From the NCBI GenBank assembly GCA_964016885.1, contig OZ024750.1:32736001-32800000 (forward strand): 64,000 nucleotides of DNA, read 5' to 3'. Shown in pieces: positions 47,501-60,007 of this stretch (positions within the stretch are counted from its first letter, which is position 1; the number at the start of each line of letters is the position of its first letter). The position numbers were made by a program, and so were the translations under genes. The notes under the pieces are model-generated. The model was given only the letters and a program-made list of their open reading frames with translations. It was not told the DNA's origin and did not search any database. Origin of the DNA: Eledone cirrhosa (lineage: Eukaryota).

Positions 47501-50500
47501 GTTGGGATTTAAGACGGGAGGGAGAGGTGTAAGGAGTTATGTTAGGTGTGTTGGGATTTAAGAGGGGAGGGAGAGGTGTAAGGAGTTATGATAGTTCTGT
47601 TAGGATTTAAGAGGGGAGGGAGAGGTGTAAGGAGTTATGATAGGTATGTTGGGATTTAAGAGGGGAGGGTGAGGTGTAAGGAGTTATGATAGGTGTGTTG
47701 GGATTTAAGAGGGGAGGGAGAGGTGTAAGGAGTTATGATAGTTCTGTTAGGATTTAAGAGGGGAGGGAGAGGTGTAAGGAGTTATGATAGGTGTGTTGGG
47801 ATTTAAGAGGGGAGGGAGAGAAGATGTAAGGAGTTATGATAGGTGTGTTGGGATTTAAGAGGGGAGGGTGAGAACGTGTAAGGAGTTATGATAGGTGTGT
47901 TAGGATATAAGAGGGGAGGGTGAGGTGTAAGGAGTTATGATAGGTGTGTTGGGATTTAAGAGAGGAGGGAGAGGTGTAAGGAGTTACGTTAGGTGTGTTA
48001 GGATTTAAGAGGGGAGGGAGAGGTGTAAGGAGTTATGATAGGTGTGTTGGGATTTAAGAGGGGGGGGTGAGAAGGTGTAAGGAGTTATGATAGGTGTGTT
48101 GGGATTTAAGAGGGGAGGGAGAGGTGTAAGGAGTTATGATATGTGTGTTGGGATTTAAGAGAGGAGGGAGAGGTGTAAGGAGTTATGTTAGGTGTGTTGG
48201 GATTTAAGAGAGGAGGGAGAGGCGTAAGGAGTTATGTTAGGTGTGTTGGGATTTAAGAGGGGAGGGAGAGGTGTAAGGAGTTATGTTAGGTGTGTTGGGA
48301 TTTAAGAGGGGAGGGAGAGGTGTAAGGAGTTATGTTAGGTGTGTTGGGATTTAAGAGGGGAGGGAGAGGTGTAAGGAGTTATGATAGGTGTGTTGGGATT
48401 TAAGAGGGGAGGGTCAGAAGGTGTAAGGAGTTATGATAGGTGTGTTAGGATTTAAGAGGGGAGGGAGAGAAGGTGTAAGGAGTTGTGTTAGGTGTGTTGG
48501 GATTTAAGAGGGGAGGGTGAGAAGGTCTAAGGAGTTATGATAGGTGTGTTGGGATTTAAGAGGGGAGGGAGAGAAGGTGTAAGGAGTTATGATAGGTGTG
48601 TTGGGATTTAAGAGAGGAGGGTGAGAATGTGTAAGGAGTTATGATAGGTGTGTTAGGATTTAAGAGGGGAGGGAGAGAAGGTGTAAGGAGTTATGATAGG
48701 TGTGTTAGGATTTAAGAGGGGAGGGAAAGGTGTAAGGAGTTATGATAGGTATGTTAGGATTTAAGAGGGGAGGGAGAGGTGTAAGGAGTTATGATAGGTG
48801 TGTTAGGATTTAAGAGGGGAGGGTGAGAAGGTGTAAGGAGTTATGATAGGTATGTTGGGATTTAAGAGGGGAGGGTGAGAAGGTGTAAGGAGTTATGATA
48901 GGTGTGTTAGGATTTAAGAGGGGAGGGTGAGGTGTAAGGAGTTATGATAGGTGTGTTGGGATTTAAGAGAGGAGGGAGAGGTGTAAGGAGTTATGTTAGG
49001 TGTGTTAGGATTTAAGAGGGGAGGGAGAGGTGTAAGGAGTTATGATAGGTGTGTTGGGATTTAAGAGAGGAGGGAGAGGTGTAAGGAGTTATGTTAGGTG
49101 TGTTAGGATTTAAGAGCGGAGGGAGAGGTGTAAGGAGTTATGATAGGTGTGTTGGGATTTAAGAGAGGAGGGAGAGGTGTAAGGAGTTATGTTAGGTGTG
49201 TTAGGATTTAAGAGGGGAGGGAGAGGTGTAAGGAGTTATGATAGGTGTGTTGGGATTTAAGACTGGAGGGTGAGAAGGTGTAAGGAGTTATGATAGGTGT
49301 GTTAGGATTTAAGTGGGGAGGGAGAGAAGGTGTAAGGAGTTGTGTTAGGTGTGTTGGGATTTAAGAGGGGTGGGTGAGAAGGTGTAAGGAGTTATGATAG
49401 GTGTGTTGGGATTTAAGAGGGGAGGGAGAGGTTTAAGGGGTTATGATAGGTGTGTTGGGATTTAAGAGGGGAGGGAGAGGTGTAATGAGTTATGATAGGT
49501 GTGTTAGGATTTAAGAGGGGAGGGAGAGAAGGTGTAAGGAGTTATGATAGTTGTGTTAGGATTTAAGAGGGGAGGGTGAGAAGGTGTAAGGAGTTATGAT
49601 AGGTGTGTTGGGATTTAAGAGGGGAGGGTGAGAAGGTGTAAGGAGTTATGATAGGTGTGTTGGGATTTAAGAGGGGAGGGAGAGGTGTAAGGTATTAAGA
49701 CAGGTGTGTTAGGATTTAAGAGGGGAGGGAGAGGTGTAAGGAGTTATGATAGGTGTGTTGGGATTTAAGAGGGGAGGTTGAGAAGGTGTAAGGAGTTATG
49801 ATAGGTGTGTTGGGATTTAAGAGGGGAGGGAGAGGTGTAAGGAGTTATGTTAGGTGTGTTGGGATTTAAGAGGGGAGGGAGAGGTGTAAGGAGTTATGAT
49901 AGATGTGTTGGGATTTAAGAGGGGAGGGAGAGGTGTAAGGAGTTATGATAGGTGTGTTAGGATTTAAGAGGGGAGGGTGAGAAGGTGTAAGGAGTTATGA
50001 TAGGTGTGTTGGGATTTAAGAGGGGAGGGAGAGGTGTAAGGAGTTATGTTAGGTGTGTTGGGATTTAAGAGGGGAGGGAGAGGTGTAAGGAGTTACGTTA
50101 GGTGTGTTGGGATTTAAGAGGGGGGGAGAGGTGTAAGGAGTTATGTTAGGTGTGTTGGGATTTAAGAGGGGGGGGAGGTGTAAGGAGTTATGATAGGTGT
50201 GTTAGGATTTAAGAGGGGAGGGAGAGGTGTAAGGAGTTATGATAGGTGTGTTAGGATTTAAGAAGGGAGGGAGAGGTGTAAGGAGTTATGATAGGTGTGT
50301 TGGGATTTAAGAGGGGTGGGAGAGGTGTAAGGAGTTATGATAGGTGTGTTGGGATTTAAGAGAGGAGGGAGAGGTGTAAGGAGTTATGTTAGGTGTGTTG
50401 GGATTTAAGAGAGGAGGGAGAGGTGTAAGGAGTTATGTCAGGTGTGTTGGGATTTAAGAGGGGAGGGAGAGGTGTAAGGAGTTACGTTAGGTGTGTTGGG

Positions 50501-51977
50501 ATTTAAGAGGGGAGGGAGAGGTGTAAGGAGTTATGATAGGTGTGTTGGGATTTAAGAGGGGAGGGAGAGGTGTAAGGAGTTATGTTAGGTTTGTTGGGAT
50601 TTAAGAGGGGAGGGAGAGGTGTAAGGAGTTATGATAGTTCTGTTAGGATTTAAGAGGGGAGAGAGAGTTGTAAGGAGTTATGATAGGTGTGTTGGGATTT
50701 AAGAGGGGAGGGAGAGAAGATGTAAGGAGTTATGATAGGTTTGTTGGGATTTAAGACGGGAGGGAGAGGTGTAAGGAGTTATGTTAGGTGTGTTGGGATT
50801 TAAGAGGGGAGGGAGAGGTGTAAGGAGTTATGATAGTTCTGTTAGGATTTAAGAGGGGAGGGAGAGGTGTAAGGAGTTATGATAGGTATGTTGGGATTTA
50901 AGAGGGGAGGGTGAGGTGTAAGGAGTTATGATAGGTGTGTTGGGATTTAAGAGGGGAGGGAGAGGTGTAAGGAGTTATGATAGTTCTGTTAGGATTTAAG
51001 AGGGGAGGGAGAGGTGTAAGGAGTTATGATAGGTGTGTTGGGATTTAAGAGGGGAGGGAGAGAAGATGTAAGGAGTTATGATAGGTTTGTTGGGATTTAA
51101 GAGGGGAGGGAGAGGTGTAAGGAGTTATGATAGGTGTGTTGGGATTTAAGAGGGGAGGGAGAGAAGATGTAAGGAGTTATGATAGGTGTGTTGGGATTTA
51201 AGAGGGGAGGGAGAGAAGATGTAAGGAGTTATGATAGGTGTGTTGGGATTTAAGAGGCGAGGGTGAGAAGGTGTAAGGAGTTATGATAGGTGTGTTAGGA
51301 TTTAAGAGGGGAGGGTGAGAAGGTGTAAGGAGTTATGATAGGTGTGTTAGGATTTAAGAGGGAAGGGAGAGAAGATGTAAGGAGTTATGATAGGTGTGTT
51401 GGGATTTAAGAGGGGAGCGTGAGAAGGTGTAAGGTGTTATGATAGGTGTGTTGGGATTTAAGAGGGGAGGGTGAGAAGGTGTAAGGAGTTATGATAGGTG
51501 TGTTGGGATTTAAGAGGCGAGGGTGAGAAGGTGTAAGGAGTTATGATAGGTGTGTTAGGATTTAAGAGGGGAGGGTGAGAAGGTGTAAGGAGTTATGATA
51601 GGTGTGTTAGGATTTAAGAGGGAAGGGAGAGAAGATGTAAGGAGTTATGATAGGTGTGTTGGGATTTAAGAGGGGAGCTTGAGAAGGTGTAAGGAGTTAT
51701 GATAGGTGTGTTGGGATTTAAGAGGGGAGGGTGAGAAGGTGTAAGGAATTATGATAGGTGTGTTGGGATTTAAGAGGGGAGGGTGAGAAGGTGTAAGGAG
51801 TTATGATAGGCGTGTTGGGATTTAAGAGGGGAGGGAGAGGTGTAAGGAGTTATGATAGGTGTGTTGGGATTTAAGAGGGGAGGGTGAGGTGTAAGGAGTT
51901 ATGATAGGTGTGTTAGGATTTAAGAGGGGAGGGTGAGAAGGTGTAAGGAGTTATGATAGGTGTGTTGGGATTTAAGA
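17533..51977. repeat. 34.4-kb G-rich satellite array, 49/52-bp monomer GGG(A/T)GA[GAA]GGTGTAAGGAGTTATGATAGGTGTGTT(G/A)GGATTTAAGAGGGGA, roughly 680 copies
   Basis: First monomers start at 17533, 17582 and 17631; a 3-bp indel gives the two lengths; copy number estimated from length divided by ~50.5. Confidence 0.98.
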
Positions 51978-52181
51978 AGTTGAATAATTCAAGTAAACCA
52001 CCTCTAGCGGTGGAAAAATATGGACAGAGCTACCAGCAATGGTATATGGAAGGTGACAGTTATATTGCAGATATATGGTGCAATTCCTGCTGACTGCCCT
52101 GTCACATTTTTTCACCTCTAGGAGTTCTTTACCAGACTTATTCAATTATATGGTGGATATTTAAAAACAAACATACTTTTA

Positions 52182-52376
52182 AATAATTGTGTCTACTTTT
52201 GGCACAAGGCCAGCAATTACCCCCAATACATTACTGGTGCTTTATTATATCGACCCCATAAGGATGAAAGGCAAAGTTAACCTCGGCGGTATTTGAACTC
52301 AAACCGTAAAGGGCTGTAACTCTATGCTGCAAAGCATGGCATCCAACCCTGTACTGATTCTGCCAATCCACCGCCC
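52182..52376 (-). mobile_element. Near full-length tRNA-headed Nin/Deu-domain-like SINE
   Basis: Reverse complement GGGCGGTGGATTGGCAGAATCAG (A-box-like), GAGTTCAAATACC (B-box), GCCTTTCATCCTTATGGGGTCGATA. Confidence 0.85.
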
Positions 52377-52419
52377 TACATAATTGTAAATAATGATTCC
52401 AGTGGTGTGTAACAAGTTC

Positions 52420-52635
52420 GTTTTTCTCTTTAAAAAACTTATTTTTGGTGCATTCCCCAAATAAAGATATTCTTTTTTGTGACCAGGAGAGGGTCTTTTC
52501 TGTTGTTAAAGACCTGTTTTTGGTGAATTTACCAAGTAAAATATTTTTTTTTTGTGACAAGAAGAGGTTTTTTCTTTTCTTAAAAACCAGTTTTTCACCA
52601 AGTAAAATATATTTGTTTATGTGACAAGAAGAGGC
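52420..52635. repeat. Degenerate tandem repeat, 3 copies of ~70 bp
   Basis: CCAAGTAAAATAT...TGTGACAAGAAGAGG occurs three times, the first copy more diverged. Confidence 0.7.
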
Positions 52636-52649
52636 TCAACTATGTCTAC

Positions 52650-53150
52650 AAAGTTTGGTATAAACCAGTCATAACACTTTATTAATCTCAAATATTCTTC
52701 AATTTCTTCTTTTGATTTAGGAACATTAATTTGTTGGATCTTGTCTATTGAACTCTATAATGGTTTGATCTCATACTTTCAAATATTCATTCTTAGAAAA
52801 TATTTGGAAGAAGCATGATTAATGCTTTTATTTAGGTTAATCAATACACTGGCTCCACTTACTCTAGCAATAATCACATTTTCCAGTTCTTCAATTTATT
52901 CTGGGTTGTTGTAAAGATGATAGATAATTATACCATTAATTCCTTCCACCATAGACTTTGTACAATGTTGGGAAATAGATCTGCTATTTTTGAGATCTAT
53001 CTGAAATCTATTGACTAAAGCAAAGACGATTGATTGTATTTGCTGTACACTGTCTCTTGGAATATTAATTCAAACCAATCTGCTACCCACTTCACAATCT
53101 TTATGTCAACTGAGAAAAATTATTTGGCTACTTTCAATGAATATTATATT
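52650..53150 (-). pseudogene. Possible highly decayed non-LTR (L1/Tx1-like) reverse transcriptase fragment
   Basis: Minus strand near 52815-52857 translates GASVLINLNKSINH, loosely resembling the 'LISLDxxKAFDRVxH' RT motif; many stops, weak. Confidence 0.25.
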
Positions 53151-53837
53151 AAGATGAGAATTACTGGGTGAAGAAGTGCCAGGAAATCTCAGTGGAAAGA
53201 AGCTGCAGCAGAGGGAGACTAAGGATAAAGGTGTTGAGGGAGACTAAGGATAAAGGTGTTTACTAAGGGTAAGGGTGTTGAGAGCTGATTTCAAATCGCT
53301 GAGATTCAAGAGCAGGGAGATGACACGGGATGCAACAAGTGGAGAGAGGCTATACTGAGAAGGACCTGTCTAACCCATGTAAGTGTGGAACAATGGACAT
53401 AGATGATGATGATGATGATAATGATGGTGGTGGTGGTGGTGATGATAATGATGAGTTAGATAAGAAAATGTTTGAAGTTTGTCTTTTAAATGTACTTTCC
53501 AATCAGCATACATTCTTAATTTACAATCCTACTTTCCCATCAAACCAAACTGTTTGAGAGGTACTATCGGTACTTTTTATTGATAGGAGGTGTAATTCTA
53601 ATCGTATTTTAAAGTTTATTTTCAATCTGTGTACTGGAAATTGATGTACTGAACAAATGTTGATTTTAAGTGTACTCAATACTGAAATTTTAGTATTATA
53701 ACATTTTATAGGCAGTAAAAACTCAAAAAACATTAACAGAATACACCTTTCAGAAGGTCTGACCTAATTAATACAGCTCCATATCACCAACTTTACAGAG
53801 TGTACTGAGTGTGTTTATTAAGACACTGGTATAGCAT

Positions 53838-53966
53838 GGTCCCATAACTCCTGGTGGAGTTGTAGGAGTGCTAGAGTGGCATATAGCATTTCTTGGGCAA
53901 TTTTTGAAAGCCTGGTAGAGATCCAATCCCTCTCTAGGTCCAGACACAGCAGATTTATTCAAGAGA

Positions 53967-54007
<41 letters not shown>

Positions 54008-54203
54008 TAAGAAAGTGATATAGAGGAAATAAGAAAGAGATATAGAGGAAGAATCAACGTCAGTACTTGACTGGTACTTTTTTATCGAACTCAAAAGTAT
54101 CAAAGGCAAAGTTGACTTCAGTAAAATTTGAACTCAGAGAGCAGAGAGGTGGAAAAATATACAAAGTATATTGACATTCTGACAACTCTGCCACATGCTG
54201 CCC
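53838..54203 (-). mobile_element. Nin-like SINE subfamily with a longer tail and internal (GA)n
   Basis: GGAGTTGTAGGAGTGCT...GCATTTCT.GGGCA...CAGTACTTGACTGGTACTTTTTTATC...AAAGGCAAAGTTGAC...TTTGAACTCAG; colinear with 59405-59735. Confidence 0.75.
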
Positions 54204-55467
54204 CTAACACTAACACAAGATAAACTCTCATATTGTGACACTAACACTAGATAAACTTTCATATTGTGACACCAACACTAGATAAACTCTCATATTGTGA
54301 CACCAACACAAGATAAACTCTCATATTGTGACACTAACACTAGATAAACTCTCATATTGTGACACTAACACTAGATAAACTCTCATATTGTGACACTAAC
54401 ACTAGATAAACTCTCATATTGTGACACTAACACTAGATAAACTCTCATATTGTGACACCAACACAAGATAAACTCTCATATTGTGACACTATCACTAGAT
54501 AAACTCTCATATTGTGACACTAACACTAGATAAACTCTCATATTGTGACACTAACACTAGATAAACTCTCATATTGTGACACTAACACAAGATAAATTCT
54601 CATATTGTGACACTAACACTAGATAAACTCTCATATTGTGACACCAACACAAGATAAACTCTCATATTGTGACACTAACACTAGATCAACTCTCATATTG
54701 TGACACTAACACTAGATAAACTCTCATATTGTGACACTAACACAAGATAAACTCTCATATTGTGACACTAACACTAGATAAGCTCTCATATTGTGACACC
54801 AACACTAGATAAACTCTCATATTGTGACACCAACACTAGATAAACTCTCATATTGTGACACCAACACTAGATAAACTCTCATATTGTGAAACCAACACTA
54901 GATAAACTCTCATATTGTGACACTAACACTAGATAAACTCTCATATTGTGACACCAACATTAGATAAACTCTCATATTGTGACACTAACACAAGATAAAT
55001 TCTCATATTGTGACACTAACACTAGATAAACTCTCATATTGTGACACTAACACTAGATAAACTCTCATATTGTGACACTAACACTAAATAAACTCTCATA
55101 TTGTGACACTAACACAAGATAAATTCTCCTATTGTGACACTAACACTAGATAAACTCTCATATTGTGACACCAACACTAGATAAACTCTCATATTGTGAC
55201 ACTAACACTAGATAAACTCTCATATTGTGACACTAACACTAGATAAACTCTCATATTGTGACACTAACACTAGATAAACTCTCATATTGTGACACTAACA
55301 CAAGATAAATTCTCCTATTGTGACACTAACACTAGATAAACTCTCATATTGTGACACCAACACTAGATAAACTCTCATATTGTGACACCCACACTAGATA
55401 AACTCTCATATTGTGACACCAACACTAGATAAACTCTCATATTGTGACACCAACACTAGATAAACTC
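54204..55467. repeat. 31-bp minisatellite CACTAACACTAGATAAACTCTCATATTGTGA, about 40 copies
   Basis: Direct reading; variants CACCAAC, CACAAGA, AATTCTC. Confidence 0.97.
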
Positions 55468-55544
55468 GCACATTAACTCACATTTTATTTTTTATTAACG
55501 CATAAAAGTCCAAGATCTAAAGTTTGTATTAAGTCAGAAGGCTC

Positions 55545-55804
55545 ATTAGGTCAGTGCTTATCCTGGTTTTATGGCGTGAAGTGACTGAGAGTACAAGACT
55601 CCCCCCCCCTGGACAAGACACCAGTCTATCACAGGGTTAAATTCCCAGCTATTGCTGGTACTCATTTACAGCTGAGTATACTGGAGCAACATGAAATGAA
55701 TTGTTTTGCTCCAGAACATAACACGCAACGCAGTCCGGGAATCGAACCCACAACAACATTACGATCATAAGTCCAACACACTTACCACTAAGCCACGCAC
55801 CTCC
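55545..55804 (-). mobile_element. tRNA/CORE SINE with another body type
   Basis: Reverse complement GGAGGTGCGTGGCTTAGTGG, GGTTCGATTCCCGG, CORE-like TTTCATGTTGCTCCAGTATACTCAGCTGTAAATGAGTACC, then AACCCTGTGATAGACTGGTGTCTTGTCCAGGGGGGGGAGT. Confidence 0.8.
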
Positions 55805-56149
55805 ACATCCCATAAAGGTAAAGGTATTTTTTGTAGTTAAATACCACTGATTTAAATGTTTAGTATGAAAGTAATATAATAGATTTGCCAGAAATGGTTT
55901 GCCCCAATGAGTAGGAGGCGGAAGACGGACAGTGAGAATAACTAGTAACAATTTTCTGAAGGTTATTTTAAATTAACAACATTTAATACAACAGTTGGTG
56001 TTTAATTAAAGGTTGCCCAAAGGTATTTTGATTACACAACCGTTAGCAAAATTCAACCAAGATAATTGGCTAAATAAGAGAGAAGGTAGAAGTAAATAGA
56101 TGATGCTAAGAAGATGAAGAAAACAGCAACAACAATAATAAAGTCAATA

Positions 56150-56385
56150 AATCATCTTCAGCATTGTCACCACTATTGTCATCATCATTATAATTATCCT
56201 GATTACCATCATCATCATCATCACCACCACCACCACCATCATCATCATTGCCATCATCATCATCATCATCTTCAACATCATCACCATCATCTTCAACATC
56301 ATCATCACCATCATCATCATCATCATTTTCATTATCATTATACTTATCATTACCACCATCATCATTACCACCATCATCATTACCG

Positions 56386-56419
<34 letters not shown>

Positions 56420-56468
56420 GGCTATCATCATCATCGTCATCAACATCATTTTCATCATCATTATCCTG

Positions 56469-56499
<31 letters not shown>

Positions 56500-56600
56500 T
56501 CATCGTCGTCATTGTCACCATCATCATCATCTTCAACATCATCTACCTCATCCTAATCATCATCATCATCATCATCATCAGTTGTCATCATCAGTTGTCA
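56150..56600. repeat. (CAT)n-rich tract with an internal ~267-bp duplication
   Basis: TTATCCTGATTA at about 56194 and 56461; CATCTTCAACATCA repeated. Confidence 0.9.
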
Positions 56601-56619
56601 TGATGTGACAAATTCTATC

Positions 56620-56950
56620 TCTAGTGTTGGTGATCTACAGCATAAACACACCCAGTACACACTGTAAAATAGTTGATGATAGGAAAGGGATCCCACTGTA
56701 GAAGACTTGCCATACAATGGGTAGAGAGCACCCTTCAGTTGTCCTAAAGACATGACAATCTCTCTTCTTTACTTGGTAGAACATGAGCCCATACATAAGC
56801 GAGATGCAGTCCCCTCAGCCTGTCTGGGAGTTCAGCAGCCCCTTCATCAGTACTGATTTGCTCAAGGTAGACCTTGTCCAACCCCTGCTAGCAGGGAAAG
56901 CAGCCCTTAATAGATGATGATGATGACGACGATGATGATGATGATGATGA
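56620..56950 (+). mobile_element. Retroposon of the 13370-13694 family with (GAT)n tail
   Basis: CCCAGTACACACTGTAAA, CCCTTCAGTTG, GAGATGCAG, TGCTAGCAGGGAAAGC then (GAT)n. Confidence 0.65.
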
Positions 56951-58029
56951 CTGTCATGTTGAAATCATTGTGTAATACTACAGTTTATGATCCTTCACTG
57001 TATGTATTATATCAATGCAGATGTTAGCTTCCCTCAAGCAACACAAGAATTTATTAACATAATTGAATACATTAAAGAGTTCAATTTGTATTAAGCAGAT
57101 TCTTAAACAAACTCAAATATTGACATAGGTGAATATATCAAGTAATTTACTTATCATTTATTGCAATAACATGAAAATTTAAAATGTCCTTATCAACATC
57201 CTTGTAATATATGTCATTTGGAAACACTGAATAGCATAGAATATATGACAGCCACATAGCTAATTACATCAAGTGTCCTTCATCAAATATCACTCTACAA
57301 TAAATTATTCCTTAAACTTTACAATTAGCAATCTAGAAGCAGGTGAAATTTAACTAAGATTTTGTGATAGCAAATGATGTGAGTTTTTCTGTTAGACAGA
57401 AATCGCAGTAACTTTACTCATTTTCAAAAGTTTCTGCTTTGTTAAAATTTGGTTAAGTAATGCTTGTATTTTATTTTTTCATTTCACATTTGTTAAATAT
57501 ATTTCAGAGAGTAAATAGCATTTTCCAAGATGTCATGATAGATTGACAAGCAACAGAACCAGTAATGCATTTGAGTTGATTGAGTACAATTTTACCCTTC
57601 TCTATAAATGGTAATTTCTTTTTTGTTTGTCTGTCAATATGAGGATCCTTATGCTTCAAATATCAATTTACTTGAGGTGTTGGGGTGAAACAATCAAGAG
57701 TTAATTTGAAATGTTTTCTTCATATTTTAGGTTTTAAAGAAAATGACCCCTATTTTTCTCATCTGTACTTGAGTGGTATATTATTTTATCAACACAGACA
57801 AGGAAGAAAAGAAAAGTTGATCTTGGATTTGAACTCAGAAGGGTAAGAAGACCCATAACAAAATATCATAATTTTTGGGGGTCTGATTTTTCCACAAATC
57901 TTGTACAGCTGCACCTTTAAATACAGCTGTGACAAATCCCCATACTCTATTGGAGATTACTTCTCTCCTCCTCATCATCATTGTCATATACCTGTAACAT
58001 CACACTTATCTTTCTTCTCTCCACACCCC

Positions 58030-58630
58030 CACAGAGCAGTTGAGGCTCTTCAGTTGGGACAATAACTGACAATCTCTCTAGTGCTGATGCCAAGAAAATG
58101 CACCCAGTACATCCTGTAAGGTGCTTGGCAACAGGATATGAACTCTGCTGTAGAAACCATGCCAAAAAGGGTTGCGTGGCCCCTTCAGTTGCGTAAATGG
58201 TCTGACAACCTTTCTAGTGTTGGTGACCTAAACAGTATAGTTGTAAACTGGTTGATTATGGGAAGGGTATTTAGTGGTAGAAAGCTTTCCAAACAAGGCT
58301 GTGAGGAGGACCCTTCAGTTGTGTCTAAAACATGGCAATCTCTTTAGTGATTTTTTTATGTACATGATAAACACATCCAGTAGAAACTGCGATGTGGTTG
58401 GTGACAAGAAGAACCTCCAGCTGTAGATAATTGGCCAAACAAACGATTAGGAGGATTTGGACCTTACGAGTGCTGGTGTCACCATAAAATGCACTTGGTA
58501 GAATATAAGACTATATGTAAGTTCGATGCAGGTCCACAGCCCATCTGAGAAGTCAGTAGCTCTGCTTGAGTACTGACAATTATGGAATACTTATCCAGCC
58601 ATTGTTAGCAGGAAAAACAGATGTTAAATG
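58030..58630 (+). mobile_element. Longer degenerate multi-module copy of the same family
   Basis: Repeated CTTCAGTTG and CTGTAGAAA modules; ends TTAGCAGGAAAAACAGATGTTAAATGAT. Confidence 0.55.
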
Positions 58631-58926
58631 ATAATTGTTTCAACTATTGGCACAAGGCCAGCAATTCACCAGTGTATTACTGGTACTTTATTTTATCGAC
58701 CCCGTATGGTGAAAGGCAAAGTTAACCTTGGCGGGATTTGATGATAATTGTTTCTACTTTAGGCACAAGGCCAGCAATTACCCAGTGCATTACTGGTACT
58801 TTATTTTATCGACCCCGTAAGGATGAAAGGCAAAGTCAACCTCGGCGGGATTTGAACTCGGATGGTAAAGGGACGTAACTATGCTGGAAAGCATGGTGTC
58901 CGACCCTCTACCGATACTGCCAATCC
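58629..58926 (-). mobile_element. Tandem pair of Nin-like SINEs (truncated 58629-58740 plus near full-length 58741-58926)
   Basis: TGATAATTGTTT...GGCACAAGGCCAGCAATT...TCGACCCCGTA...GGCGGGATTTG occurs twice in direct succession. Confidence 0.85.
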
Positions 58927-59404
58927 AATAATATGAAATGAGGATGATATGAAACTGTTTAATTTCTTGAAAAGCAGCCTCAAAGCAGCTGAGCTGTAGT
59001 TAATAGTCAAATACGCTGTATAAAAAATGACAGATTCATAGTTCAATTTTAGTAGCTAGCTATATTCTCTTTTTCCATCTCCAGAGATTTTTTACCCAAC
59101 TTATTTGTCCATTTTTTTATAGTTCATCTGTATTGTGGTGACTTTTCAGAAAGCAAACATTCTTAAAAAATTTCCTCAATGTTTTTTAAATGATCCAGTG
59201 CTCACATTTTTAGTTTGAACAATTAAAGCTTTTAAAATGATGGAAAGAAGTGGTCAGAGTGCTTTGGTGTAATGGTCATACATGGTCATTTGGTATATGA
59301 CAGATATGTAGTTTAGTCTTTAGCAACACTTAACATTTGAACTTGCTTTTTAAATTTCTATCTCTGTTTATATATTTTCTTGATCAATTGTTCATACATG
59401 CATG

Positions 59405-59735
59405 ATCCCATACATCCTGAGGGAGTTGTAGGAGTGCTGTATTGACAAACGGCATTTCTAGGGCATTTTTAAACCTGGCAAAACTCATCATCTCCAGGTC
59501 TGAATACAGCAGATGTCTTGCAAAGAAGGATTGTGAGAGAGTGAGAGAATAGAGGTGAGAAAGAGATATAGAGGAAGAATCAACCCCAGTACTTGACTGG
59601 TACTTTTTTTATCACCATTGAAAGGATGAAAGGTAAAGTTAACCTTGGCAGGATTTGAACTCAAAGAGCAGAGATCTGGAACAAATACCACAAGGCGTTC
59701 TAGCCTATATTCTAACAACTACCAATTCTTCGCCT
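59405..59735 (-). mobile_element. Nin-like SINE, long-tail subfamily
   Basis: Colinear with 53838-54203. Confidence 0.75.
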
Positions 59736-59920
59736 TATAGTTGTGGGTTCATACAATACCTACAGTAAAATAATTAAAATTAGTCGTTTTGGAAGCCTCA
59801 ACAATGCAGATGGGTAGATTTCCGGGTAACAGAATCAGGTGGTGATGGGAGAGATGTAAGAGGAAATGTAGAATGAGATGTATAGGGTGTAGAGGATCGT
59901 AGGAAAGAGTGTAAAAATAA

Positions 59921-60007
59921 TTTGGCACAAGGCCAGCAATTACCCAGTACATTACTGGTACTTTATTTTATCGACCCCGTAAGGATGAAAGGCAAAGTTA
60001 ACCTCGG
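59921..60007 (-). mobile_element. Nin-like SINE fragment
   Basis: TTTGGCACAAGGCCAGCAATTACCCAGT...AAGGATGAAAGGCAAAGTTAACCTCGG. Confidence 0.85.

Noticed and set aside
17533-51977. Telomeric repeat array
   Set aside because: TTAGG-like words occur only as variants within a 49/52-bp monomer; no (TTAGGG)n tandem, and non-satellite sequence continues on both sides
56114-56608. Poly-His ORF (164 aa)
   Set aside because: (CAT)n microsatellite, the same repeat that forms retroposon tails here
57180-57310. Possible Helitron helicase motif (YVA) on the minus strand
   Set aside because: Only three or four residues match and stops flank it
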